Below are positions 29,026 to 38,493 of a DNA stretch of 64,000 nucleotides, in pieces. Source of the stretch: an uncultured Actinomycetota bacterium (GTDB taxonomy: Bacteria > Actinomycetota > UBA4738 > HRBIN12). The notes beneath the pieces are model-generated. The model did no database searches. It was not told the DNA's origin and was given only the letters and a program-made list of their open reading frames with translations. The translations under genes and the position numbers were made by a program. The stretch covers positions 180,136 to 244,135 of the forward strand of contig CAWJFY010000007.1 of NCBI GenBank assembly GCA_963842295.1, given 5' to 3'. The stretch's first letter is position 1. Each line of letters opens with the position of its first letter.

Positions 29026-30630
29026 ATGCCGCTGCTGGGGTTCAAGGGGGACAACGCCCGCGAGAAGGTCGCCGTCCTGCTCACGATGTGTTTCGCGCTC
29101 GCGATGGCGATGCTCGACAACACCGTCGTCAATATCGCCCTCCCCACGATCCAGCGAGAGCTTGGGGCGACCGTGTCCGACCTGCAGTGGATCATCGACG
29201 GCTACGTCCTGGTGTTCGCTTCATTGCTCCTCACGGGCGGCATCCTCGGCGACCGCTACGGGCGGAAGAAGATGTTCCTCACCGGTCTGGCGATCTTCAC
29301 CCTCGCCTCGCTCGGGTGCGGTCTCTCCGGGTCGGGCGGCCAGCTGATCGCGTTCCGGGCGCTCCAGGGCGTCGGCGCGGCCCTGCTGATGCCCGGCACG
29401 CTCTCGATCCTCACGGTGACCTTCCCGCCGGAGGAGCGCTCGAAGGCGATCGGGCTCTGGGCGGGCGTCAGCGGCCTGGCCCTCGCGCTGGGACCGACCC
29501 TGGGCGGTTGGATCGTCGAGCAAGGTGGTTGGGAGGCCGTCTTCTTCATCAACGTTCCGATCGGCGTGATCGCGTTCGCGGTCGCCTGGAGGACGGTGCG
29601 CGAGTCGGTCTCCGAGGAGACGCGGCACCTCGACCTGCCCGGCCTCGCGCTCGGCACCGCCGGACTCTTCTCACTCACCTACGGCCTGATCGAGGCGAAC
29701 CAGCGCGGATGGGGCGACAGCCTGATCGTGGGCTCGCTCGTGACCGCCGCGGTCCTGCTCGTCGGATTCGTCGCCTGGGAGCGCCGGAGCCCGAAGGCGA
29801 TGATGCCCCTGTCGTTCTTCCGGATCCCCGCGTTCAGCGCGGGCAATACCGTCGCGTTCTCGGTGTCGCTGGGGATGTTCTCGATCTTCTTGTTCGTCAC
29901 GCTGTACATGCAGGCGATCCGTGGCTACACGCCGTTCCAGGCCGGCCTCCGATTCCTCCCGATGACGCTCATGATCATCGTGACGGCGCCCATCGCCGGC
30001 CAGGTCGCACAACGGATCGGCCCCAGGATCCCGATGACGTACGGCCTCGTGCTCGCGTCGGCCGGCCTGCTGGGGCTGACGTTGGTGGAGCCCGACACGC
30101 CGTTCTGGGTACTGGCGATCCTGTTCGTGATGATGGGTCACGGGCTGGGCTCGACCTTCGCACCGATGACCGCCGCCGTGATGGGCGCGGTCGGACCGCA
30201 ACGCGCGGGGCTCGGCTCCGCGATGACCAACACGAGCCGCGAGGTCGGCGGCGTCCTCGGGATCGCCTTGTTGGGAACCGTCCTGTTCGACCGGCTCGGT
30301 GCCGTGCTCGTGCCCAAGCTCGCGGAGCTTGGACTCTCGGCGCCGCAGGCGAGCGCCATCGCGCAATCGGCGTCCCACGGATTCGTCTCGCCCGATGAGC
30401 TCGCTGAGCTGGGCCTCTCGCCCGAACAGGTGCAGGGGTTCGCGGCAGCGTTCCGCGAGGCGTATATGAGCGGGTTCCACCTCGCGCTGTTGATCGCGGG
30501 ACTGATCCTGCTGACGGCTGCCGTCGTCGCGAACCGGTTCATCCCGGGTCGGGCACACGCCGACGAGATCCACGCCGCCGCGGCCGCGGCCGCGGCCGCG
30601 AGAGAGCGCGTACCGGCCACGGCCGAGTAG
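29026..30630 (+). CDS. MFS transporter, 14-TMS drug:H+ antiporter (DHA2-like)
   Basis: MLDNTVVNIALPTIQ and GGILGDRYGRKKMF motifs, about 14 hydrophobic segments. Confidence 0.75.
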   Translation: MPLLGFKGDNAREKVAVLLTMCFALAMAMLDNTVVNIALPTIQRELGATVSDLQWIIDGYVLVFASLLLTGGILGDRYGRKKMFLTGLAIFTLASLGCGLSGSGGQLIAFRALQGVGAALLMPGTLSILTVTFPPEERSKAIGLWAGVSGLALALGPTLGGWIVEQGGWEAVFFINVPIGVIAFAVAWRTVRESVSEETRHLDLPGLALGTAGLFSLTYGLIEANQRGWGDSLIVGSLVTAAVLLVGFVAWERRSPKAMMPLSFFRIPAFSAGNTVAFSVSLGMFSIFLFVTLYMQAIRGYTPFQAGLRFLPMTLMIIVTAPIAGQVAQRIGPRIPMTYGLVLASAGLLGLTLVEPDTPFWVLAILFVMMGHGLGSTFAPMTAAVMGAVGPQRAGLGSAMTNTSREVGGVLGIALLGTVLFDRLGAVLVPKLAELGLSAPQASAIAQSASHGFVSPDELAELGLSPEQVQGFAAAFREAYMSGFHLALLIAGLILLTAAVVANRFIPGRAHADEIHAAAAAAAAARERVPATAE

Positions 30631-30654
30631 CGGCCCTGCGCCTACCATCTGCAC

Positions 30655-31737
30655 GTGCTCGCGCTCCGGATCCTCGCCGTGATCGCCGGTGGTGCGTTGG
30701 TGGTCGCCGCGATCGGTTCGGCGGTCAAGACGGTCGTGCTACCGCGCGCCAACGCGTCGAGGATCACACGCTCGGTCTTCCTGATCCTCCGATGGGTGTT
30801 CCGGATCGTGGCCAGGCCGTCGATGACCTTCGATCGAAGAGATCGCATCCTCGGGGCCTACGCCCCGCTCGGGCTGATGGCGACGCTGGCCGCGTGGCTC
30901 GCCCTGGTCCTCACGGGTTTCACGCTCATCTTCTGGGGGACGGAACATACCGGCTGGCGGACCGCGTTCGAGCTCTCCGGATCCTCGCTCTTCACGCTCG
31001 GCTTCGCACATTCCGAACACCTCGCCGTCATGGCGCTCGACTTCCTGGAGGCGGCGATCGGTCTGTTCCTCCTCGCCCTGCTGATCACCTATCTGCCCAG
31101 CATCTACTCCGCGTACTCCCGCCGCGAAGTCGGCATCACGGCGCTGGAAGTTCGCGCGGGATCGCCTCCTTCGGCGAGGGAGATGATTGTGCGGTACTGG
31201 CGGCTGGAACGCATGCCCCAGATCCACGAGGTCTGGGTCGAATGGCAGCGCTGGTTCGTGGACGTCGAGGAGACGCATACGTCTCACCCGGCGGTCATCT
31301 TCTTCCGTTCGTCGCACCCAGAGCACTCGTGGGTGACATCAGCGGGCGCGGTGCTCGACGGCGCGGCGCTGGTGCTCTCCTCGGTCGACATCCCGCGCGA
31401 TGTCGAAGCCGAGTTCTGCATCCGTGCCGGGTACCTGAGCCTGCGCGGGATCGCCGATTACTTCCAGATCCCCTACGACCCCGACCCGCGTCCCGACGAC
31501 CCGATCTCGATCGAGCGGGAAGAATGGGAGGCCGTGCTCTCGGAGCTCGAGACGCTGGGGGTCTCCCTCAAGTCGGATCGCGACCAGGCGTGGCGCGATT
31601 TCGCAGGATGGCGAGTGAACTACGACACCGTCCTGCTCGCGTTGGCGCGTCTCACCGAAGCGCCGCCGGCGGTCTGGTCCTCCGACCGGGCGGGAGCCGA
31701 GCGGATCCGCCCGCCGGTCTTCCGGAAGATGCGCTGA
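30655..31737 (+). CDS. Membrane protein with TM–pore-loop-like–TM N-terminal module and large cytoplasmic C-terminal domain
   Basis: Three hydrophobic helices plus a re-entrant-looking WGTEHTGWRTAFELSGSSLFTLGFAHSE. No recognisable family. Confidence 0.45.
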   Translation: MLALRILAVIAGGALVVAAIGSAVKTVVLPRANASRITRSVFLILRWVFRIVARPSMTFDRRDRILGAYAPLGLMATLAAWLALVLTGFTLIFWGTEHTGWRTAFELSGSSLFTLGFAHSEHLAVMALDFLEAAIGLFLLALLITYLPSIYSAYSRREVGITALEVRAGSPPSAREMIVRYWRLERMPQIHEVWVEWQRWFVDVEETHTSHPAVIFFRSSHPEHSWVTSAGAVLDGAALVLSSVDIPRDVEAEFCIRAGYLSLRGIADYFQIPYDPDPRPDDPISIEREEWEAVLSELETLGVSLKSDRDQAWRDFAGWRVNYDTVLLALARLTEAPPAVWSSDRAGAERIRPPVFRKMR

Positions 31738-31740
31738 GTC

Positions 31741-33069
31741 CTATCGGGAGTGGTTCGCCGCGTCGTAACGCCGGTAGCGAGGGAGCACGATGGCGAGGAG
31801 TCCCGCCCCGAGGATGCAGAGAGCCCCTCCCGACACGATTGAGAATCGGATGCTCGTCACCGACGCGAGCAGTCCCGCCTCCGCGTTGCCGATCGAGGGA
31901 CCGGTGCCCACGACGGCGAGGCTGATCCCCTCGAGTCGCCCACGCATCTCGTCCGGCGTCACCGTCTTCAGGATCGCGTCGCGATATAGCCCGCTCACCA
32001 TGTCGGCTGCACTCGCGAGCATCAGGAACACGATCGCCGTCCACAGGGTCCTCGAGAGTCCGAAACCGATCACGCCGGCACCCCAACACATGCACATGAC
32101 GATCGTGACGAGCCCCTGCCGCCGGACGTGCTTGGCCCGGCCGCTGAACAGCGCGACGAGGAGGGCCCCGAGCGCCTCTGCCGAGTAGAGGAGTCCCAGC
32201 GCGGCCGGGGAGACATGGAGCACGTCGCGCGCGAACGCCGGATACAGCGCGACCGGGATCCCGAAGATCATTGCGATGAGGTCGACCCAGAACGTCCCCT
32301 GCAGCACCTGCTTGCCCCTAAGGAACCGCAGCCCGTCCAGCACCATGGACAAGCCGATCGAGATCCGTTCCGCAGTCGGCGGCGACGGCCTCATCCTGGC
32401 GAGCGCGCCGGTCACGGCCACGTAGCTCGCCGCGTCGACGACGTAGGCCCACTCGACGCCGAAGGTCGCGATCAGCACGCCGGCCAGCGCGGGCCCGGTG
32501 AGCGCTGCCGACTGGTAGTACACGACCTCGAGCGCCAGCGCCGACGTGAAGAGGTCGGGCGTGAGCAGTCGCGCCGGCCACGCTCGGAATGCCGGGGAGT
32601 ACAGGGAGTAGGCCGATGCCCACAGGAACGAGAACGCGAAGAGGATCCAGACTTGGGGGTCTGGGAGGAACGCGTTGACGGCCAGCGAGGCCGTGAGGAG
32701 TGCCGCGGCACCCTGGGCGATCATCAGGAACCGGCGTCGCTCGACGGCATCTGCGATTGCGCCGCCGACGATCGGGAGGAAGACGAGCGGGACCGCCTCG
32801 CACAGCGCGAGCAGCCCGAGCATCGCGGTCGAGTTCGTGATGTCGTAGACCTGGAACGGGACAGCGACGAACGTGATCTGGGTCCCGAACTCGGAGATCG
32901 CCTGTCCCACGAACATCAGCCGGAAATCGGCTGACGTCCTGAGCGGCGTGAGATCGATCCCGTGCCCTCGGACGCGGCCCAGGAAGCCCGGATGGCGCGC
33001 CTCGGGCGGCACTGGCGGAGGGAGCTCGTCTTCCGGTCCGCCGGGAAAGTCGATGTCGTCGTCGGTCAC
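31741..33069 (-). CDS. MFS transporter
   Basis: Twelve predicted TM segments. The start (GTG 33069) is uncertain; the Arg-rich ORF extension is not credible. Confidence 0.7.
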   Translation of the reverse strand: MTDDDIDFPGGPEDELPPPVPPEARHPGFLGRVRGHGIDLTPLRTSADFRLMFVGQAISEFGTQITFVAVPFQVYDITNSTAMLGLLALCEAVPLVFLPIVGGAIADAVERRRFLMIAQGAAALLTASLAVNAFLPDPQVWILFAFSFLWASAYSLYSPAFRAWPARLLTPDLFTSALALEVVYYQSAALTGPALAGVLIATFGVEWAYVVDAASYVAVTGALARMRPSPPTAERISIGLSMVLDGLRFLRGKQVLQGTFWVDLIAMIFGIPVALYPAFARDVLHVSPAALGLLYSAEALGALLVALFSGRAKHVRRQGLVTIVMCMCWGAGVIGFGLSRTLWTAIVFLMLASAADMVSGLYRDAILKTVTPDEMRGRLEGISLAVVGTGPSIGNAEAGLLASVTSIRFSIVSGGALCILGAGLLAIVLPRYRRYDAANHSR

Positions 33070-33080
33070 GCCGCCGGACG

Positions 33081-33917
33081 CTAGCGGATGAGGCGGGACA
33101 GACGCCGGTCGGCGAGGATCTTTCCCCCCGTCTGGCAGTCGGGGCAGTACGTCACCTCGTGCGACTCGTAGGAGACGCGGCGGAGGTCGGCGCCGCAGCG
33201 GGGGCATGGTTCGCCCCAGCGCCCGTGAACGCTGAAGTGGTCCCCGAGCTTGGTGGGGAGGCCCCCGCGGCGGCGCCGCTCCACCTCGAGGGCGTCGGTG
33301 AGGATCGCCCGCAGCGCTTCCACGAGCCCGTCGCGTTCGCCGGCGTCGAGCTTGCCGAGCACCGCGTACGGCGAGAGCTTCGCGAGGTGCAGCGCGTCGT
33401 CCGAGTAGCCTCGACCGACGCCGGCCACGGTCCGCTGGTCCCGCAGGATGGTGTGCACACGCCGGGCGTCGGCGCTCTCCCGGAAGAACGTGGTGGCTTC
33501 GTCCGAGAGCACCTCGGGCCCGAGCGCGCCCAACGGCCCGTCGTCTCCGGCTGCGAGCGACCACACGCCCGCCTTCCGCTCCTTCCCGAACTCCTTCACG
33601 AGGAACGATGTCCCGCGCGAGAAGCGGAACCGAGCGACCGAACCCCTCGGCCTGGTCGACTTCGGCGGGGTCTCGACGTCCAACCGGCCGCCCTGGGAGA
33701 GATGGACCAGCATCCGGTCACCTCGGTCGAAGCCGAGGACCAGATACTTCCCACGCCGCCCGACGCCCTCCAGCGTGCCGCCGACGAGCTCCGCCGGTCT
33801 CGGAGTCACCGTCTTCAGCGAGGAGAACTGAAGGAGATCGAAGCCCTCGAGTGTCGACCCTCCGACGGCGCGCTCCAGCCGCTCCGCGAGCGCCTGGACC
33901 TCGGGCATCTCGGGCAC
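33081..33917 (-). CDS. Fpg/Nei-family DNA glycosylase (formamidopyrimidine-DNA glycosylase / endonuclease VIII)
   Basis: N-terminal MPEMPEV (catalytic Pro2-Glu3), and a C-terminal zinc finger CPRCG...CPDCQ. Confidence 0.75.
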   Translation of the reverse strand: MPEMPEVQALAERLERAVGGSTLEGFDLLQFSSLKTVTPRPAELVGGTLEGVGRRGKYLVLGFDRGDRMLVHLSQGGRLDVETPPKSTRPRGSVARFRFSRGTSFLVKEFGKERKAGVWSLAAGDDGPLGALGPEVLSDEATTFFRESADARRVHTILRDQRTVAGVGRGYSDDALHLAKLSPYAVLGKLDAGERDGLVEALRAILTDALEVERRRRGGLPTKLGDHFSVHGRWGEPCPRCGADLRRVSYESHEVTYCPDCQTGGKILADRRLSRLIR

Positions 33918-33923
33918 GCGCGC

Positions 33924-35342
33924 TCAGCCACTCCGTGGCCGGGCCGTGGCGCCATCGACGCTCGCCGCGGCACGGATGATCTCGATCGCCTCGTCGATAC
34001 GGTCGCGATGCGTGCGGTGACTCACGATGCACGCCCGGATGATGTGGCGCCCGTCGATCGTGGTGCTGGAGAGGTACACGCGCTTCGGCTCGTTGATCCT
34101 CGCCAGGAACGCACGGTTCTCGTCGTCGCTGGCTCCGGCCAACCGGAACGGCACGACGGAGAGCTGGGGCGACCACGGGAGCTCGATCTCAGGCATCTCG
34201 GAGAGCGCGGCGTAGAGGCGCTCGGCGAGGTCGAGCTTCTCGTCCAGCGCCTCCCGGAACGTCTGCACGCCGTGGAGCACGAGGGGTAGCCACACACGGA
34301 ACCCACGATGGTCCCTCGACAGCTCCGGCGAGTACTCGTTCCAGTTGGGCAGCTCCGCCTCGGGCGCTCGATCCTGGAGGTACTCCGCACCCACGTAGTG
34401 CGCATCGCGCAAGGCCGCGCCGTCGCGGACGACGAGGGACCCCGTTCCGTACGGCAGGAACATCCCCTTGTGCGGATCCAAGGTGATCGAGTCCGCTCGC
34501 TCGATCCCTCGGAAACGCTCGTTGCCGCGCTCGGTCAGCTGGAAGAACCCGCCGTAGGCGGCATCCACGTGCATCCAGAGCTCCTCGGCCTCGGCGACGT
34601 CGGCGACCGCGTCCATCGGGTCGATCGCGCCGGTGTTGGTGGTCCCCGCCGCCGGCACGACGAGGAACGGGCGCCTGCCCGCCGCACGATCTTCCGCCAC
34701 CATCGACTTCAGGGCCTCCGCGTCCATGCGTAACTCCGCGTCGACGGGGACCAGGCGCATCGCGCGGCGGGGCATCCCGGCGATCGCGGCGGCCTTCGGC
34801 ACCGACGCGTGCGCCTGCTCGCTCACGTAGTAGGTGCCGTCGGCGAACTCCTCCCCCAGCTTCAAGTGGCGGGCGGTCACGACGGCTGACAGGTTCGCGA
34901 TGGAACCGCCGGTCGTGAGGATCCCCCGGGCTTCCTCCGGGAACGCGAAGAGGTCGCAGAGCCACCGGATCACGTTCTGCTCGATCTGTGCCAGCCCCGG
35001 CGCGACCTCCCAGAGGTTGGGGAATCGGTTGACCGACATCGCGAGGAACTGACCGAGCGCGGAAGCGTAGAGGCCTCCGCCCGGGATGTACGGCAGGTAG
35101 CCGGGACCGCAGGTCTCGTACGCCCGCGCGGCCGCGTCGCGGAACTGCGCGAAGACGTCCTCGAAGGTCCCACCCTCCTCCGGCGGTGCTCCTTTCAGCT
35201 TCAGCGCGGCTTCGAGCGCTCCCTCGACGTTCTGCGCGGGCGCATCGGAAAGGCCATGGATGAATCCGATCACGTAGTCGATGGCGGCCTCGCCCATCGC
35301 CCGCATCTCCTCGGGCGACGGGTCGAGGGCGTATCCCGTCAC
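33924..35342 (-). CDS. Group II PLP-dependent decarboxylase
   Basis: TLDPHKGMFLPYG (PLP lysine motif) and the overall Pyridoxal_deC layout. Confidence 0.75.
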   Translation of the reverse strand: MTGYALDPSPEEMRAMGEAAIDYVIGFIHGLSDAPAQNVEGALEAALKLKGAPPEEGGTFEDVFAQFRDAAARAYETCGPGYLPYIPGGGLYASALGQFLAMSVNRFPNLWEVAPGLAQIEQNVIRWLCDLFAFPEEARGILTTGGSIANLSAVVTARHLKLGEEFADGTYYVSEQAHASVPKAAAIAGMPRRAMRLVPVDAELRMDAEALKSMVAEDRAAGRRPFLVVPAAGTTNTGAIDPMDAVADVAEAEELWMHVDAAYGGFFQLTERGNERFRGIERADSITLDPHKGMFLPYGTGSLVVRDGAALRDAHYVGAEYLQDRAPEAELPNWNEYSPELSRDHRGFRVWLPLVLHGVQTFREALDEKLDLAERLYAALSEMPEIELPWSPQLSVVPFRLAGASDDENRAFLARINEPKRVYLSSTTIDGRHIIRACIVSHRTHRDRIDEAIEIIRAAASVDGATARPRSG

Positions 35343-35560
35343 GCCCGGCTCCGCAGGGTGGTCTCGATCGCGTCCAGGAGCCGTTTGGACGAATCCGCCA
35401 CCTCGTCCACCGCGGCTCCGAACGCCTCCTCGTGACGACCGGAAGGGGACTGGAAGCCGCTCACCTTCCGGACGAACTGGAGGGCGGCGTCCCGGATCTC
35501 CTCGTCGGTCGCATGACCCTGCCCGTGTGGTTCACGTAGTCGCTTGATGTTTCGGCACAT
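35339..35560 (-). CDS. Small conserved protein starting MCRNIKRLR (DUF2277-like)
   Basis: 73-aa ORF with start/stop overlap to the decarboxylase. The N-terminal motif is recalled as the DUF2277 family. Confidence 0.45.
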   Translation of the reverse strand: MCRNIKRLREPHGQGHATDEEIRDAALQFVRKVSGFQSPSGRHEEAFGAAVDEVADSSKRLLDAIETTLRSRA

Positions 35561-35587
35561 GAGCGGAGGGTACCGCGCGGCGCGGGT

Positions 35588-36628
35588 TCAGCCCTTCTTC
35601 GCGGCGAGGGCGCTGATCGCCTCCATCACGCATCGGAGGGCGAGCATCGAGGTGACTTCCGCGTGGTCGTAGGGCGGCGCCACTTCCACCACGTCCATGC
35701 CCACGAGGTCGACCGCGCCGACGATCCGGCGGATCGATCGGAGGAGCTCCCGCGCGAGCATCCCGCCGGACTCCGGGGTACCCGTTCCCGGCGCCAGACC
35801 CGGATCAACGACGTCGATGTCGATCGAGAGGTAGATGCGATCCGGGCCGTCGAGCGCCTCGGCGATCGCGTCATCGATCACGGCGTCGACCCCTCGTTCC
35901 TCCAGCTCGACCTGGGTGTGCCACCGGAATCCTTGCTCCCGCATCCAGGTGAACGTCTCCTTGTCCGGCCAGTACCCGCGGAGCCCTACCTGAACGAAGT
36001 TCGACCCGGCCACCCAGCCTTCGTCGACGAGGCGACGCATGGGCTGCCCGTGGCCGATCAACGAGCCCCACTGGTCGGCGCCGGCGTCTGCGTGCGCATC
36101 GAAGTGGACGATGCCGATCGAGCGAGGATCCTGCACCCGCGCGACCGCCGCCGCCGACGGGAACGTGATCGAGTGGTCACCTCCGAGGACCACGGGGATC
36201 GCGCCGCCGCGGGCGACGCGCCGGACCTTCTCGTGGATCACCCGGAGACTGCGATCGGGCCGGCCGGGCACGACCGGCGCGTCGCCCGCGTCGACGACGG
36301 TGATCACCTCGAACGGCTCGACCTCGGTCTGGATCGACCAGGCGTCGCGGTTCCCCCAGTGGTACGGAGCGCTCCGGATCGCCTTCGGGCCCATCCTGGC
36401 GCCCGGCCGTGCCGAGACGCTCTCGTCGTAGGGAGCTCCCACGATCGCGACGTCCGCGCCGGCCGCTCGCACCGCGTCTCCGTCGAGCGCCCACGGGAAC
36501 TTGTGGAACGACCCGCGGAAGTCAGCGTAGTAGGGAAGATCCGTCCAGTCGTACTCGTCGAACTCGTCTGCTTCCGCGGCGTAGAGGGTGCTCTCGGGGA
36601 TCCGGAACGGCCGGTCGGTCTCAGACAT
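35588..36628 (-). CDS. Ureohydrolase (agmatinase/arginase family)
   Basis: Mn-binding motifs GGDHSIT, DAHAD and SIDIDVVDP. Confidence 0.8.
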   Translation of the reverse strand: MSETDRPFRIPESTLYAAEADEFDEYDWTDLPYYADFRGSFHKFPWALDGDAVRAAGADVAIVGAPYDESVSARPGARMGPKAIRSAPYHWGNRDAWSIQTEVEPFEVITVVDAGDAPVVPGRPDRSLRVIHEKVRRVARGGAIPVVLGGDHSITFPSAAAVARVQDPRSIGIVHFDAHADAGADQWGSLIGHGQPMRRLVDEGWVAGSNFVQVGLRGYWPDKETFTWMREQGFRWHTQVELEERGVDAVIDDAIAEALDGPDRIYLSIDIDVVDPGLAPGTGTPESGGMLARELLRSIRRIVGAVDLVGMDVVEVAPPYDHAEVTSMLALRCVMEAISALAAKKG

Positions 36629-36706
36629 CGCGCGCAGTGTGCCATAGAGGTGAGAAGCGGGCCGGGCGCTCCGCGCCCGGCCCGCCTCGATGGTGCTTTC
36701 GCTTCG

Positions 36707-38438
36707 CTAGGACACCGCGGCGAGGGCGTTCACGATCCCGTCGCCGTACCAGCTGTTGTAGTTGGCGGTTCCCACGCACACCTGATCCTCGAACGGCACG
36801 TTCGGATCCAGTCCGACCAGATCCGGATAGAGCTCGGCCGAGCTCACCGAGGGGCAGGCATGGTTGGTCGCCGTGCGACGCAGGATCCGTTCCACCTGCC
36901 GAGGCGCGAGTCCGAAGCCGGCCCCGGCGCCCGAGCCGTATTCGCTCACGATCAGCGCTGCGACCCCGGTTGCGTGCGGCGACGCCATCGACGTTCCCTG
37001 CAGGTACACGTACACGCCGCAATTCCTCTCGTTCCTGGGCCGGCGGATGCAGTCCACGACCGCAAGCGGGTCCAACGAGCGGAACCTGGGGGTGATGAGC
37101 CCCTCCGCCATCGCCAGGTCGGCCGGGTAGGAGGAGAGGATCCTGGTGCCGGGCGTGTCGTATCGGGGAGTCCCGAAGAAGTCACGCCGATCCCCACCGG
37201 GCGCGGAGACGGTCGAGGCTCGGACCCCGTAATTGGAGTAGTACGCCTTCCGCCCGCTCGGGCCGACGGCGTTGATCGTCATCACGTGCGCTCCCTCGGT
37301 CGGGATGTCGAGGCAGGCGTCCGTGATGTTGTCCCGGACGTACTCGGTCCCCGGGGGGAAGTCGGGACTGAACGCATCGTAGGTGGGGTTGTCGAGGTCG
37401 GTGTGCGAGTTCCCCGAGGCAGCGAGCAACGAGACACCGTGGCGCCACGCGTACCGGAGCGCGCGGTTCGAGGCGTCGATGATGGTCGCTTGCTGCCGCT
37501 GGGCCGCGGGCGAGTCCAACGGGTTGTTGCGGCAGTTGAACTCCCAGGGGTCCGTGAAGAAGCTCATGTTCACGACGTCGATCCCGTGGTTCGCCGCGTA
37601 CGTGTAGGCGGACAGCGTCTCGAAGAGGAAGAAGAATCCCGAGTCCTGGCCCGCCCGCAGGTTCACGAGCGTGACGTCGGGCGCCACGCCGGCGACCCCC
37701 AGACCGTTCAGCTCGGCCGCCACGATGCCCGCCACGTGCGTGCCGTGGCCGCCCTCATCGACCGTCGCCGGGTCGGAGCAGGAGCGGTCGGGCTCGTCCT
37801 CGCACGGCCCGTCGATCAACGGGATGTCGGTCGTGAAGTTCCGGCTGAGAGACCTGTTGACGTTGTCGTCGAGGTCGGGGTGGCTCGCGTCGATGCCCGT
37901 GTCGATGATGCCGACGCGCACCTTCGGGCTTCCCTGCTGCACGGCGTACGAGCCCTGTGCGGTCGCATCGATCATCTCCATGCCCCACTGGAGGTCGGCC
38001 AACGGATCGGCTCCCGACTCTGGTGCTCACCGTCGGGCGCCGCCCCGCGCTGGCAGACCCGAGCGCCTCGACCTCGTCTACCTTCTCGCGCAACGCGGGA
38101 TCCGAGTACCCGATCACGCTATTCCGAGAGGCGCCCGCGATGGCCTGCTCCGCCGTTGCCTCCAGGACGAACCCGGCGCTCCTCGTGGTCACCCTGGCCA
38201 CGCCGATCGAGGCGATCTCCTCGACGACCTGACCGCCCGCGGCCTCGACGGCCGCCCGCCCTTCGGCGAAGGAGGCCCCCGCTTCATACAGGACGACGAA
38301 CTCGCGAAGTGGTCCGTTGTTCCGCGCCGACGCCGACGGCAGGAACCCTACGAGGGCAACCGTGAACGCGGCGATCAGCGCGGTGACGATGGAGCGTCTG
38401 CGCATGGGACGACCTCCCCTTCGATCCGTCACCCCCAC
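36707..38438 (-). pseudogene. Secreted S8 subtilisin-family peptidase with I9 propeptide, split by a frameshift near 38027-38045
   Basis: The signal and propeptide (…DEVEALGSASAG) are in one frame. The catalytic domain (DTG, HGTHVAG, GTSMASPH), in another frame, begins APESGADPLADLQWG right after an in-frame TGA. Confidence 0.6.
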
Positions 38439-38493
38439 GAGACCCCGGAACCCTACGAGATATCGAACCGGGTTGTCCTACCCGGATTCGAGG

